From contig JAPHTL010000337.1 in assembly GCA_026193355.1 (NCBI GenBank), positions 1 through 37,416 of the forward strand: a DNA stretch of 37,416 bases, written 5' to 3'. Below are positions 1 to 14,230 of this stretch, one piece after another; the stretch's first letter is position 1; each line of letters starts with the position of its first letter. Below the pieces are notes generated by a model, which ran no database searches, was not told the DNA's origin, and saw only the letters and a program-made list of their open reading frames with translations. Position numbers and translations under genes: made by a program. The DNA is from Rhodospirillales bacterium (GTDB lineage Bacteria > Pseudomonadota > Alphaproteobacteria > Rhodospirillales > JAPHTL01).

Positions 1-594
1 AGTCCGCGCCCAAGAAATTTTCTCATTACCGACGAAAAATCTCGTTTCCTTGCCGAGAACGCACCCCCTGATACCAAGAATCACGTTGCCGAATGCATCG
101 ATGTAGACAACGCGCGGCAAATCGTCCGGCCATTCCGGCCGACGCATCGTATGGATGTCCTCCGGGATGCTTGGCAGGGGTTTTCCTTTCGCGATGGCGG
201 CTGCGACGGGCGCAAACAGGTCCCGTCCGTGAAAACTGTTTGAAAGATTATCGGGACGCCATGAGATGCGGCTCCATGAAGCGTTGCTGGCCCGTCTTGC
301 CACGATCTCGAACAAGCCGTTGTCGGGGCCGACAAACCATTTGCCGTCGGCATGCAGAACACCGGGAACACGTTCGGAGCCGACGCCGGGGTCTACAACG
401 CAGAGGAAACAGGTTCCCACAGGGAACCAATCCGCATAAGCGGACAGCAGATAGGATGACAACATGGGATCGCAGGATGGCGCATCCGACAAAAGGTCCA
501 CAACATGAACGCCCGGCGCATCACGATGCAGCACCGCCTTCATCTGCCCCGTATAGGGGCCGGAGACGCCAAAATCCGTAAAAACAACAATCAT
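1..594 (-). CDS. S-adenosyl-L-methionine hydroxide adenosyltransferase family protein (DUF62), C-terminal part cut off by the window edge
   Basis: Absent from the ORF track because its stop lies left of position 1. My own translation starts at the ATG (complement of 592-594) and stays open through position 1 (198 codons). It reads MIVVFTDFGVSGPYTGQMKAVL...CVVDPGVGSER...FVGPDNGLFEIV...SNSFHGRDLFAPVAAAIAKG, which are the signature blocks of the DUF62 fold. Confidence 0.75.
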   Translation of the reverse strand, partial: MIVVFTDFGVSGPYTGQMKAVLHRDAPGVHVVDLLSDAPSCDPMLSSYLLSAYADWFPVGTCFLCVVDPGVGSERVPGVLHADGKWFVGPDNGLFEIVARRASNASWSRISWRPDNLSNSFHGRDLFAPVAAAIAKGKPLPSIPEDIHTMRRPEWPDDLPRVVYIDAFGNVILGIRGCVLGKETRFFVGNEKISWART

Positions 595-805
595 TTGGCC
601 TTTGCTCCAACCAGATCGCCCCGGAATATGATGAATATAATGAACCGAGACGGGGCAAATGCCAACGAGACGCCCTACGCTTACATTTTCCGCCTCTTGC
701 GGATTACATGCCCCTGATGGCATATAAGGGAGCCTTGGAACAAACGCCCAATTCAAGCTTGCGTTGGGATGGTGCCCCCTGTAATCAGGCGCGGCACCTT
801 AATAA

Positions 806-5473
<4,668 letters not shown>

Positions 5474-5476
5474 TCC

Positions 5477-6919
5477 ATGGGCAAGCCAACAGGATTTCTT
5501 GAAATTGGTCGACAGACGCCGGGTTACGATCCGGTCGACGATCGTATCCGCCATTATGACGAGTTCATCCGCCCGCTTAACGAGGACGAACTCAACAAGC
5601 AGGGCGCGCGCTGCATGGATTGCGGCATCCCCTATTGTCACAACGGCTGCCCGATCAACAACATCATTCCCGACTGGAATGATCTGGTCTATCGCAACCG
5701 CTGGCAGGAAGCCGCCGATGTGCTGCATTCGACCAACAACTTCCCTGAATTCACGGGAAGGGTCTGCCCTGCACCTTGCGAGGCTGCGTGCACGTTGAAC
5801 CTTGATGATGCGCCCGTCGCCATCAAGACAATTGAAATGGCGATCGTTGAACGGGCCTTTGAAGAACACTGGATCACGCCGGACATCCCGACACGCCGCA
5901 CCGGCAAGTCGGTCGCCGTGGTCGGCTCTGGCCCCGCCGGGATGGCAGCGGCGCAGCAGTTGGCGCGTGTCGGCCACAGCGTGACCCTTTTCGAAAAGAA
6001 TGCACGTTTTGGCGGATTGCTTCGCTATGGCATTCCAGACTTCAAGCTGAACAAGAAAATCATCGATCGCCGCCTTTCACAGATGCAGGCCGAAGGCGTC
6101 GAATTGCGCCCGAACACCTGCGTCGGCATTGATGTCCCTGCGAAGGGTTTGCTCAACAGATACGACGCCGTCCTTCTGACCGGTGGATCCGAAAAGCCGC
6201 GGGACCTTGAAGTCGAAGGCCGCGATCTTGGCGGCATCCACTTCGCCATGGATTTCCTGACGCAGCAGAATCGCCGTGTTGCGGGTGAGCCTGTTTACGA
6301 AGGTGACGCCATCGTCGCCACCGGCAAGCACGTCGTCGTCATCGGCGGCGGCGATACCGGTTCCGATTGCGTCGGCACATCGATCCGTCAAGGGGCGCTT
6401 TCCGTCACCCAGATCGAGATCATGCCCAAGCCGCCGGAGAAGGAGAACAAGGGCCTGACCTGGCCATTCTGGGCCAACAAAATGCGGACATCATCGTCCC
6501 AGGAAGAGGGCTGCACCCGCGACTGGTGCGTAACGACGCATGCCTTTGAAGGGGAAAACGGCGTCGTCAAGAACCTCCGCGCCGGTCGCGTCGACTGGAC
6601 GCAGGATGATTCGGGCCGCTGGTCCATGTCGGAGATCGAAAACAGCCAATTCAACCTGAAGGCCGACCTTGTGCTGCTAGCAATGGGATTTGTTCACCCC
6701 CAGCAGGAAGGCATGCTCAAGGAACTGGGCGTTGATTTCGACCAACGCGGCAACGTGAAGGCCGGAACCGACGATTACCGGACCTCGGTCGACAAGGTGT
6801 TCGCCGCCGGTGACATGCGGCGCGGGCAATCACTGGTCGTCTGGGCGATTCGGGAAGGCCGTCAGGCCGCCCGCGCCATCGACGAATACCTGATGGGAAG
6901 CAGCGAATTACCGCGCTGA
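5477..6919 (+). CDS. gltD: Glutamate synthase (NADPH) small subunit
   Basis: 480 aa. Fe-S cysteine clusters [14 protein letters not shown] and CPAPCEAAC, and dinucleotide folds [14 protein letters not shown] and [21 protein letters not shown] Shine-Dalgarno precedes the ATG, 3 nt after the gltB stop. Confidence 0.97.
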   Translation: MGKPTGFLEIGRQTPGYDPVDDRIRHYDEFIRPLNEDELNKQGARCMDCGIPYCHNGCPINNIIPDWNDLVYRNRWQEAADVLHSTNNFPEFTGRVCPAPCEAACTLNLDDAPVAIKTIEMAIVERAFEEHWITPDIPTRRTGKSVAVVGSGPAGMAAAQQLARVGHSVTLFEKNARFGGLLRYGIPDFKLNKKIIDRRLSQMQAEGVELRPNTCVGIDVPAKGLLNRYDAVLLTGGSEKPRDLEVEGRDLGGIHFAMDFLTQQNRRVAGEPVYEGDAIVATGKHVVVIGGGDTGSDCVGTSIRQGALSVTQIEIMPKPPEKENKGLTWPFWANKMRTSSSQEEGCTRDWCVTTHAFEGENGVVKNLRAGRVDWTQDDSGRWSMSEIENSQFNLKADLVLLAMGFVHPQQEGMLKELGVDFDQRGNVKAGTDDYRTSVDKVFAAGDMRRGQSLVVWAIREGRQAARAIDEYLMGSSELPR

Positions 6920-6945
6920 TCAACGCATCGCTCGAAAACATAAAA

Positions 6946-6971
6946 GGCCGCCCAACCGGGCGGCCTTTTTT
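6946..6971. terminator. Bidirectional rho-independent terminator between convergent gltD and the oxidoreductase gene
   Basis: Stem GGCCGCCC (6946-6953), loop aacc, stem GGGCGGCC (6958-6965). Six T follow it and AAAA precedes it. Confidence 0.8.
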
Positions 6972-6974
6972 CAT

Positions 6975-7988
6975 TCAGCCCGCCTCGTCGGCGATTCTGA
7001 CGATCAGCTTTCCCGTATTCGTTCCGTCGAACAGTCGGTTGATCGCCCGCGGCGCTTCATCAAGTCCGTCGACGATATCCTCGGCGATCTTCAAACGCCC
7101 ATCCTTGTGCCAGTCTGCAAGCGCGGCATCCGCTTCGGCGAAGCGGTCGGCGTAATCGAAAATAATAAACCCTTCCATACGCGCGCGGTTCACAAGCAAT
7201 GAACGAATGTTCTGCGGCCCCGGCGGCATCTCGGTCGCGTTATAGGTGGAAATGGCGCCACAGATGGAAATGCGGGCGCGCAGGTTGATCAGACGCAGAA
7301 CCGTATCGAGCGTCTCGCCACCAACATTGTCGAAGAAGACATCCACCCCGTCAGGGCATTTCGCCCGAAGCGCCTTGTAGAGGTCTTCGGTTTTGTAATT
7401 GACCGCACCATCGAAGCCCAGTTCATCAACCAGCCAGGCGCACTTCGCATCGGTTCCCGCGATACCGATGACCCGGCAACCCTTGATCCTGGCGATCTGC
7501 CCGACGATGGAACCGACAGAACCGGCCGCGCCGGAAACGAGCACCGTCTCGCCGGCCTTCGGATCGCAGATATCGAGAAGACCGAAGTAAGCCGTACGCC
7601 CCGCAATCCCCATCAGGCTGAGGTTGGCGGTCAGGGACGGTTCCGTCACCGCCCTCCCCAGTTGCTTGCCCGGAACGGCGGCATAATCCTGCCAGCCGAG
7701 AATACCGGTCACGAAATCGCCTTCCGAAAATGAGTCATCACGGGAGCGAACGACCCGGCCAACGGTCAACCCGCGCATGACCTCGCCCAGTTGGACGGGG
7801 GGAACATAGGATTTGCCTTCGTTCATCCAGCCGCGCATCGCCGGATCAAGCGACAGGTAGAGGTTACGGACAAGAACCTCGCCCTCCCCCGGCTCCGGTA
7901 CCGGAGAGTCCTTTCGTTCGAAATCGCTTTCCTTGATACGACCAACGGGCCGTTGCTTCAGAAGGTATTGGCGGTTGATTTCAGACAT
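6975..7988 (-). CDS. NADP-dependent oxidoreductase, YncB/CurA / PTGR1 (alkenal-one double-bond reductase) family of medium-chain reductases
   Basis: Collinear by eye with E. coli CurA/YncB: LYLSLDPAMRGWM, GWQDY, VLVSGAAGSVGSIVGQIA, FDNVGGE, CGAISTYN, NTGKLIVR. Start re-called to the ATG at 7988 (MSEINRQYLL), which has an AAGGAG SD. The track ORF extends 22 codons further upstream. Confidence 0.85.
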   Translation of the reverse strand: MSEINRQYLLKQRPVGRIKESDFERKDSPVPEPGEGEVLVRNLYLSLDPAMRGWMNEGKSYVPPVQLGEVMRGLTVGRVVRSRDDSFSEGDFVTGILGWQDYAAVPGKQLGRAVTEPSLTANLSLMGIAGRTAYFGLLDICDPKAGETVLVSGAAGSVGSIVGQIARIKGCRVIGIAGTDAKCAWLVDELGFDGAVNYKTEDLYKALRAKCPDGVDVFFDNVGGETLDTVLRLINLRARISICGAISTYNATEMPPGPQNIRSLLVNRARMEGFIIFDYADRFAEADAALADWHKDGRLKIAEDIVDGLDEAPRAINRLFDGTNTGKLIVRIADEAG

Positions 7989-8147
7989 GGAAACTCCTTG
8001 GTGTTGACGGGGGAAAATCGACCAGCAAACAAAGCATAGAAGGGTGCCTATCAAATGATAAATTAACTACCCTTGAGTCTGAACCCGCTGTGGACCCTGC
8101 CACTCCGCTCGGGTAACGTCCATTCATGGAATGAAACGGAGGCCCAC

Positions 8148-9353
8148 ATGCATTTCGATTATACGGACAAGGTCAAGGACCTGATCGCGCGCGTAACAGA
8201 GTTCATGGATACGAACGTCTATCCCGCCGAGAAAGAATACTACGGCTTCGTAAACGCGCAGCAGGACCGGTGGGCAGCCGTTCCCCCCATCATGGAGGAA
8301 CTGAAGGACAAGGCCAAGGCGGCCGGTCTTTGGAACCTGTTCCTCCCCGAAAGCGAATACGGCAGCGGACTGACGAATCTGGAATATGCACCGCTTTGCG
8401 AAGTGATGGGGCGGTCGTCGATCGGCCCCGAAGCCTTCAACTGCGGCGCGCCGGACACCGGCAACATGGAGGTGCTGGTCCGCTACGGCAGCGAGGAACA
8501 CAAGAAACAATGGCTCCTGCCGCTTCTGGACGGCACGATCCGTTCCGGTTTTGCGATGACCGAACCCGACGTCGCCTCGTCTGACGCAACCAACATTCAG
8601 GCCAGCATCGTGCGCGACGGGGATGAATACGTCCTCAACGGCCGCAAATGGTGGACATCGGGCGCGGGCGACCCCCGATGCAAGATTCTCATCTTCATGG
8701 GCAAGACCGATCCGGACGGCCCCCGTCACCAACAGCAATCCATGATTCTGGTGCCGATGGAAACGCCAGGTGTGAAGCTTGTGCGCACCCTTCCCGTCTT
8801 CGGTTTCGACCATGCCCCGCATGGACATGGCGAGATCGACTTCGACAACGTCCGCGTCCCTGCTTCCAACCTTCTTCTTGGCGAAGGCCGCGGCTTTGAA
8901 ATTGCCCAAGGCCGTCTTGGGCCGGGACGCATCCATCATTGCATGCGCCTTATCGGCCAAGCGGAACGGGCCATTGAGATGATGTGTCAACGGGCCAAGT
9001 CACGCGTCGCTTTCGGCCGCCCACTGGCGGACCAGGGCCTCGTCCGGGACGCCATCGCGCAATCGCGCATCGAAGTCGATCAGGCCCGCCTTCTGGTCCT
9101 CAAGGCCGCCTACATGATGGACACCGTCGGCAACAAGGCCGCGCGCAAGGAAATCGCCATGATCAAGGTCATGGCGCCGCGCATGGCCTGCGCAGTGATC
9201 GACAGGGCGATCCAGATCCACGGCGCTGCGGGCGTTACAACATCAGGCGGTCTTGTCGGCGGTTGGGCGTGGGCCCGCGCCCTGCGCCTCGCGGATGGAC
9301 CGGATGAGGTCCACCTGATGTCAATCGCCAAGCAGGAACTCGGCCAGCATTAA
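8148..9353 (+). CDS. Acyl-CoA dehydrogenase family protein, ACAD10/ACAD11 / FadE2-like subgroup
   Basis: [12 protein letters not shown]... with the characteristic [16 protein letters not shown] block, plus WWTSGA and IHGAAG. Start re-called to the ATG at 8148, preceded by GGAGG. Confidence 0.9.
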   Translation: MHFDYTDKVKDLIARVTEFMDTNVYPAEKEYYGFVNAQQDRWAAVPPIMEELKDKAKAAGLWNLFLPESEYGSGLTNLEYAPLCEVMGRSSIGPEAFNCGAPDTGNMEVLVRYGSEEHKKQWLLPLLDGTIRSGFAMTEPDVASSDATNIQASIVRDGDEYVLNGRKWWTSGAGDPRCKILIFMGKTDPDGPRHQQQSMILVPMETPGVKLVRTLPVFGFDHAPHGHGEIDFDNVRVPASNLLLGEGRGFEIAQGRLGPGRIHHCMRLIGQAERAIEMMCQRAKSRVAFGRPLADQGLVRDAIAQSRIEVDQARLLVLKAAYMMDTVGNKAARKEIAMIKVMAPRMACAVIDRAIQIHGAAGVTTSGGLVGGWAWARALRLADGPDEVHLMSIAKQELGQH

Positions 9354-9363
9354 GGAACGCAGC

Positions 9364-10143
9364 ATGACGAACGGTCAAACCGGCGGTCGGGTCGCGGGCA
9401 AGGTCGCCCTGGTCACGGGCGCATCGTCCGGACTTGGCGCGGCCTGCGCCGAAAGGCTGGCCAATGAAGGCGCGAGCGTCGTTCTGAGCGATATCAACGT
9501 TGCCGATGGCGAGTCCCTGCGTGATCGCATTGGTCAGCGAGCCCTGTTCGTTGAACACGACGTCACCAATGAGGATCACTGGGCGAGGGTGATCGATGCA
9601 ACGATTGAACGCTTCGGGCGGCTGGACATTGTCGTGAATTCGGCGGGCATCGCCCTTCTTGCCGATATCGAACATACCAGCATGGAAGACTGGCGAAAGG
9701 TGCTCGGCGTCAATCTGGACGGCACGTTCCTCGGCTGCAAACACGGCGTCAAGGTCATGAAAGAAACGGGGGGCGGGTCGATCATCAACCTGTCTTCTGT
9801 CTCCGGCCTTGTCGGGGGATTCAATCTTGCCGCCTATAACGCCAGCAAGGGCGGCGTACGTTTGCTGACCAAGTCGGTCGCCCTGCATTGCGCACGGGCC
9901 GGATACAACATCAGGTGCAATTCGGTCCATCCGACCTTTATCGACACCCCGATGGTTCAGGCCATGATCGATGGGTCAAAAGACCCGGAGCGGACCCGGA
10001 CAAGCCTGATCCGCCAAATTCCGCTTGGCCGTCTTGGCACCCCCGAAGACGTATCATCCATGGTTCTTTATCTCGCATCCGATGAATCCGCTTTCGTCAC
10101 AGGATCGGAAATGGTCGTCGACGGCGGGTCCGTGGCCCAATGA
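9364..10143 (+). CDS. Short-chain dehydrogenase/reductase (SDR)
   Basis: Cofactor motif VTGASSGLG, NSAG, and catalytic S...YNASK. Lies 10 nt downstream of the ACAD gene. Confidence 0.9.
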   Translation: MTNGQTGGRVAGKVALVTGASSGLGAACAERLANEGASVVLSDINVADGESLRDRIGQRALFVEHDVTNEDHWARVIDATIERFGRLDIVVNSAGIALLADIEHTSMEDWRKVLGVNLDGTFLGCKHGVKVMKETGGGSIINLSSVSGLVGGFNLAAYNASKGGVRLLTKSVALHCARAGYNIRCNSVHPTFIDTPMVQAMIDGSKDPERTRTSLIRQIPLGRLGTPEDVSSMVLYLASDESAFVTGSEMVVDGGSVAQ

Positions 10144-10156
10144 ACGCCCCCGGCGC

Positions 10157-11230
10157 ATGGAGGAAGGCGTGAGCAATTTCAGCGATCCCGAACTGATCGA
10201 CGTCAGGACGGACGAACGTCTCGACACATCTCGCCTGGAACCATACCTGCGAGAGCACCTTGAAGGCGCGGAGGGTGAGCTGGATATCGCCCAGTTTGGC
10301 GGTGGTCACGCAAACCTGACCTATATGCTCAAATTCGGGGAGCGTGAATATGTCTTGCGCCGCCCTCCCCTCGGACCCGTTGCGCCCTCGGCCCATGACA
10401 TGACGCGCGAACATCGGGTTCTCTCCCGTCTGTGGAATGCCTTCCCCCTTGCACCCCGCAGCTTCCTTCTGTGTCAGGATCACGACATCATCGGCGCGGA
10501 CTTCCATGTGATGGAACGACGGCGGGGTATCGTCATCCGCACCGAGATGCCCAAGGCGTTCGAGGGAAAACCGGACCTGAACCGGCGCATCGGCGAAATG
10601 CTGGTCGATACACTGGCCGACCTGCACACCGTGGATCCGACCGCCGTGGGCCTGGAAGATCTGGGACATCCAGATGGGTTCGTGGCGCGGCAGGTAGAAG
10701 GGTGGACGAAGCGCTGGCACGCTTCAAAAGACAAGGATATGGACACGATCGACAGGCTGATCGCCTGGCTTGCCGATACCATGCCGCCATCCCGGCATGT
10801 TTCCCTTCTTCACAACGACTTCAAGCTCGACAACATGATCGTCGATGCGATCGATCCTGCGACGCCTGTGGCCGTTCTTGACTGGGACATGTGTACACGG
10901 GGCGACCCCCTGCTCGACCTCGGCAACATGCTCAACTACTACACCGAAGCGACCGACCCTTCCTCATGGCGTTCGGTGACCGCGATGCCCAGCTGGAACG
11001 AGGGTTTTCCGACACGTGACACGCTGGTCCGCAGGTACGGGGAACGCACGGGGTTCGAGGTCGGCGACTTTGCCTGGTATCACGCCTTTGGCGCATTCAA
11101 GCTGGCCGTCGTCTTGCAGCAGATCTACATCCGTTACCTCAAGGGCCAGACGAAGGACGAGCGATTCTCGACCTTCGGCCAGCGTGTCGAGGAACTGGCT
11201 GCCAAGGGGCACGCCATCGCCGGTCTGTAA
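10157..11230 (+). CDS. Phosphotransferase family protein (aminoglycoside-phosphotransferase/APH-like kinase fold, ACAD10/11 N-domain / LvaA-like)
   Basis: GGHANLTY, YVLRRPP, catalytic loop HNDFKLDN, and metal-binding DWDM. The start is either the ATG at 10157 or the in-frame GTG at 10169 (GGAGGA lies 4 nt upstream). The track ORF from 10025 overlaps the SDR and is over-extended. Confidence 0.85.
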   Translation: MEEGVSNFSDPELIDVRTDERLDTSRLEPYLREHLEGAEGELDIAQFGGGHANLTYMLKFGEREYVLRRPPLGPVAPSAHDMTREHRVLSRLWNAFPLAPRSFLLCQDHDIIGADFHVMERRRGIVIRTEMPKAFEGKPDLNRRIGEMLVDTLADLHTVDPTAVGLEDLGHPDGFVARQVEGWTKRWHASKDKDMDTIDRLIAWLADTMPPSRHVSLLHNDFKLDNMIVDAIDPATPVAVLDWDMCTRGDPLLDLGNMLNYYTEATDPSSWRSVTAMPSWNEGFPTRDTLVRRYGERTGFEVGDFAWYHAFGAFKLAVVLQQIYIRYLKGQTKDERFSTFGQRVEELAAKGHAIAGL

Positions 11231-11242
11231 AGGCGGATGGGC

Positions 11243-12013
11243 CTACAGCCCGCCCGTTATGGTCATCCCCCCATCGACAACGATGCATTCGCCGGTGATG
11301 AATCTGGCGGCGTTCGAAGCCAGAAAAACGGCAACCCCGGAAACATCGTCGACCTGTCCGATGCGCGCCAGCGGCGTCGCGCGCACGGTGGCGTCATGGA
11401 TTTTCGGGTTGTCCCAGAGGGCCTTGGCAAAATCGGTCTTGATGACGCCGGGCGCAATGCAGTTGATGCGGATATTGCTATCGCCCCATTCAACCGCGAG
11501 GCTTCTGGTCAGGCCGAGGTCGGCCGCCTTGGAAATCGTATAAGCCCCAAGAGTGGCACTTCCACGCAATGCGACGATGCTGGAAACAATGATGACAACG
11601 CCGTCACGACGGTCCGCCATTTGCGGCGCAACCATGTTGCAAAGCCACAGATTGCTGCGGACATTGTTGTCCATTGTCTTGTCGTATGCCTCATCCGGAA
11701 TTTTCGACAATGGCCCGTAGTAAGGATTGGCCGCAGCATTGCAAACGAGGATATCGATCTTCCCCCACGTTTTGACGGTGGTATCGACGAGATTCTGAAG
11801 CTGCGCCTTGTCGCTGATGTTGCAGGGAACAACCATCGCCTCACCGCCCTTGCCGTTAATGCCGTCGGCCACGGGGGCGCAGGCATCGGCCTTACGGCTG
11901 GACACAACGACCTTGGCGCCCGCTGCGGCAAGCTGTTCGGCAATGGCGCGTCCAATGCCACGGCTGGAACCTGTTACGACCGCGACTTTTCCTGAAAGAT
12001 CAAACACTGACAT
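11243..12013 (-). CDS. Short-chain dehydrogenase/reductase, DHRS4-like carbonyl reductase type
   Basis: GKVAVVTGSSRGIGRAIA, NAAANP, and catalytic S...YTISKAA. Start uncertain among TTG 12037, ATG 12013 and GTG 12007. The 252-aa plus-strand ORF at 11237-11995 is its antisense shadow. Confidence 0.9.
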   Translation of the reverse strand: MSVFDLSGKVAVVTGSSRGIGRAIAEQLAAAGAKVVVSSRKADACAPVADGINGKGGEAMVVPCNISDKAQLQNLVDTTVKTWGKIDILVCNAAANPYYGPLSKIPDEAYDKTMDNNVRSNLWLCNMVAPQMADRRDGVVIIVSSIVALRGSATLGAYTISKAADLGLTRSLAVEWGDSNIRINCIAPGVIKTDFAKALWDNPKIHDATVRATPLARIGQVDDVSGVAVFLASNAARFITGECIVVDGGMTITGGL

Positions 12014-12057
12014 CTCCTGAAATCTACCTGTTTTCAATATGTTAAAACTGATTTTCG

Positions 12058-13590
12058 TTATTTGCCGTCGAGCAGCAAAGGCGACATGAGCCGATCAACC
12101 GGCGCGAAATCGTCGGTCAGGACGGGAACATCCGCCAAGGCGATACGATCGACCAGATCCGGGGCCGGCCAACGAACCCATTCCCTTTCCACCCCACGCG
12201 CGGAACGAAGAATGTCCACACGCGTCGGTCGACTGGCGGCAAGAACGACGAATGTAACACGACCGTCGATGTCCGCCTCCCCCGCTTCGACCCAGACTTC
12301 AACGACACCGAAATCCCTGCGCAGCGTTTGCACAAGGCTGAAAAGAAACCTCGGCTCAACGCCCCTGTCCACAACATTCAGGATATAGAATCCACCCGGC
12401 TTCAGGCGACTGTGGATTTCCCTGTGAAACTCCCGGCTGACAAGGTGTTGGGGAATGGAAATATCATGAAAGGCGTCGCCGAAGACAACGTCAAATCTGG
12501 GGCCTTCGGGAAAGTTCTTAAGCGCGACCCTTGCATCAAGATCCACGACCGTCATTCCGGGCGCCGCTGATGAAAACCACAGGTAATCCTGTGCCGCGCG
12601 CGTCACTTCCGGGTCGATTTCCGCGACAATGATCTCCACACCTGAACGTTCGCTTGCCCAGGCGCGCGGTAGGGAAAAACCGCCGCCGCCGATAAAAAAC
12701 GACGAATTGGGAATCGCGCCACCAAAATGATGCCGCGCCACCTCATCGACAAAATGGATATAAGGACTGTAGAGCAACGTCGGATCGTCGCGATCGTTCA
12801 TGCTGTGGGCCAGATGATCGAGCGCCATCAGACGGCTCTCCCTGCCGCTATAGGGGCGGAAATCATCAATCCGGATACAATAATAATCGCTTTCGACCGT
12901 GCAGGGTTTCTCGAAAGCGCCTGCATTCGCCCCCCACCAACCGATCCCTCCACCACCGACCACGAGAACCACGACCAGCAGCGCCCTCAGGGGGTCTGCA
13001 AGGGCAAGGGCGAGCGCCAGAACGGCATAGGTAACGGCGACCGCTATCATGGTGCCGGTCGACCCGATCCATGAGATGAAGACATATCCGGCGGCAAGGG
13101 TTCCGGCGATACTGCCAAGTGCGCCCAGCGCGTACATGCGCCCGATTGCCCTTCCCGCCATAAGAGGATTCAAGTCGACGGCCAATTTCGTGAGGATCGG
13201 CGAAACAACGCCCACAGCCAGACTGGGCAGCAGGAAGGCCCCTGCGCATAAGACAACGATAAGCGGAATGGTTCCAAGCCCGACATCGGAGAACAGCACA
13301 TAGACCTGCCGCAAGGCGGCAAGCGACGCAAGGGTCGTCAGGGCCGAAAGACCAAGGGCCATGGCCACACGGCGTTCACCCACCTGCGCATTGACGCCAG
13401 AACCTGCCAGACGCCCGCCGATCCAGTGACCGATCGAGAATCCGGCAAGGACCACGGCGATGACCGCCGTCCATGTATAGAGGGACATGCCAACGTAAGG
13501 GGCGAGCAAACGCCCGGCAACGATCTCTACGACAAGCCCGCATGCCGAACTGACAAACAGAACGACCGCGTAGCCAAATTGTCGGAACAT
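12058..13590 (-). CDS. Fused polytopic-membrane / spermidine-synthase-like protein
   Basis: 510 aa. The N-terminal ~215 aa are hydrophobic with multiple predicted TM helices. The C-terminal half has a class-I methyltransferase/aminopropyltransferase fold: FFIGGGGFSLPR, VAEIDPEV, VVFGDAFHD. Confidence 0.8.
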   Translation of the reverse strand: MFRQFGYAVVLFVSSACGLVVEIVAGRLLAPYVGMSLYTWTAVIAVVLAGFSIGHWIGGRLAGSGVNAQVGERRVAMALGLSALTTLASLAALRQVYVLFSDVGLGTIPLIVVLCAGAFLLPSLAVGVVSPILTKLAVDLNPLMAGRAIGRMYALGALGSIAGTLAAGYVFISWIGSTGTMIAVAVTYAVLALALALADPLRALLVVVLVVGGGGIGWWGANAGAFEKPCTVESDYYCIRIDDFRPYSGRESRLMALDHLAHSMNDRDDPTLLYSPYIHFVDEVARHHFGGAIPNSSFFIGGGGFSLPRAWASERSGVEIIVAEIDPEVTRAAQDYLWFSSAAPGMTVVDLDARVALKNFPEGPRFDVVFGDAFHDISIPQHLVSREFHREIHSRLKPGGFYILNVVDRGVEPRFLFSLVQTLRRDFGVVEVWVEAGEADIDGRVTFVVLAASRPTRVDILRSARGVEREWVRWPAPDLVDRIALADVPVLTDDFAPVDRLMSPLLLDGK

Positions 13591-13724
13591 CCGGAAAGTT
13601 CCTCGGTGTTGGCGTAAAACAAAAAAAACACATTTTCTTGATTTGTCGCGTAATTTCTTACGTCAACAAATGCTGTACGATAGAATAGCCCAACGTTTGA
13701 TAGGGCTGCACGAAAGAACTGGAC

Positions 13725-14192
13725 ATGAACATCCGATCCCATGCCATTTTTCCGCTACTGCTGGCGATGATGGTGTCTTTCGCCGCGTCCACGTCCGGTT
13801 TTGCCGGGGATACGGTCCTTTCCGACCCAAAGCCCGATATGGACAATCCTCGCAAGATCATGCTGACGCTTACGACCAATGATCCGGCAGAGGTCAACAG
13901 CATCCTCTACAACGTTATAAATATTCAGAAATTCTACGGCATGGATAATGTTCAGCTTGCCGTCATCGCCTATGGCAAGGGCGTCCGCGCCCTGATGAAG
14001 GAAAGCTCACCCGTGCCTGACCGCATATCGAGCCTGCGTCAGTACGATGTCGAATTCATCGCCTGCGAGAATACGCTGACCGCCATCGACAAAACAGCGA
14101 AACACCTGCTCGAAGGCGTCAGTGTCGTTACTGCGGGTATACCGGAAATCGTTGAACGCCGATTGCGTGGCTGGAACTACATTCACCCATAA
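13725..14192 (+). CDS. DsrE/DsrF-like family protein (COG1416-like) with N-terminal signal peptide
   Basis: 155 aa. Signal-like N-terminus MNIRSHAIFPLLLAMMVSFAASTSGFA. The mature part shows the DsrE-like pattern: KIMLTLTTND, VIAYGKGV, conserved Cys in FIACENT, and C-terminal GWNYIHP. Confidence 0.7.
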   Translation: MNIRSHAIFPLLLAMMVSFAASTSGFAGDTVLSDPKPDMDNPRKIMLTLTTNDPAEVNSILYNVINIQKFYGMDNVQLAVIAYGKGVRALMKESSPVPDRISSLRQYDVEFIACENTLTAIDKTAKHLLEGVSVVTAGIPEIVERRLRGWNYIHP

Positions 14193-14230
14193 ACCGAAGG
14201 ACGTTTCCTTTCGCTTCACAGGAGCCTCTT

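Noticed and set aside
771-798. The inverted repeat GGTGCC-N16-GGCACC just upstream of gltB.
   Set aside because: The arms are only 6 bp and the spacer is long, so it is easily explained by chance in GC-rich DNA. No second copy or known operator consensus was recognised.
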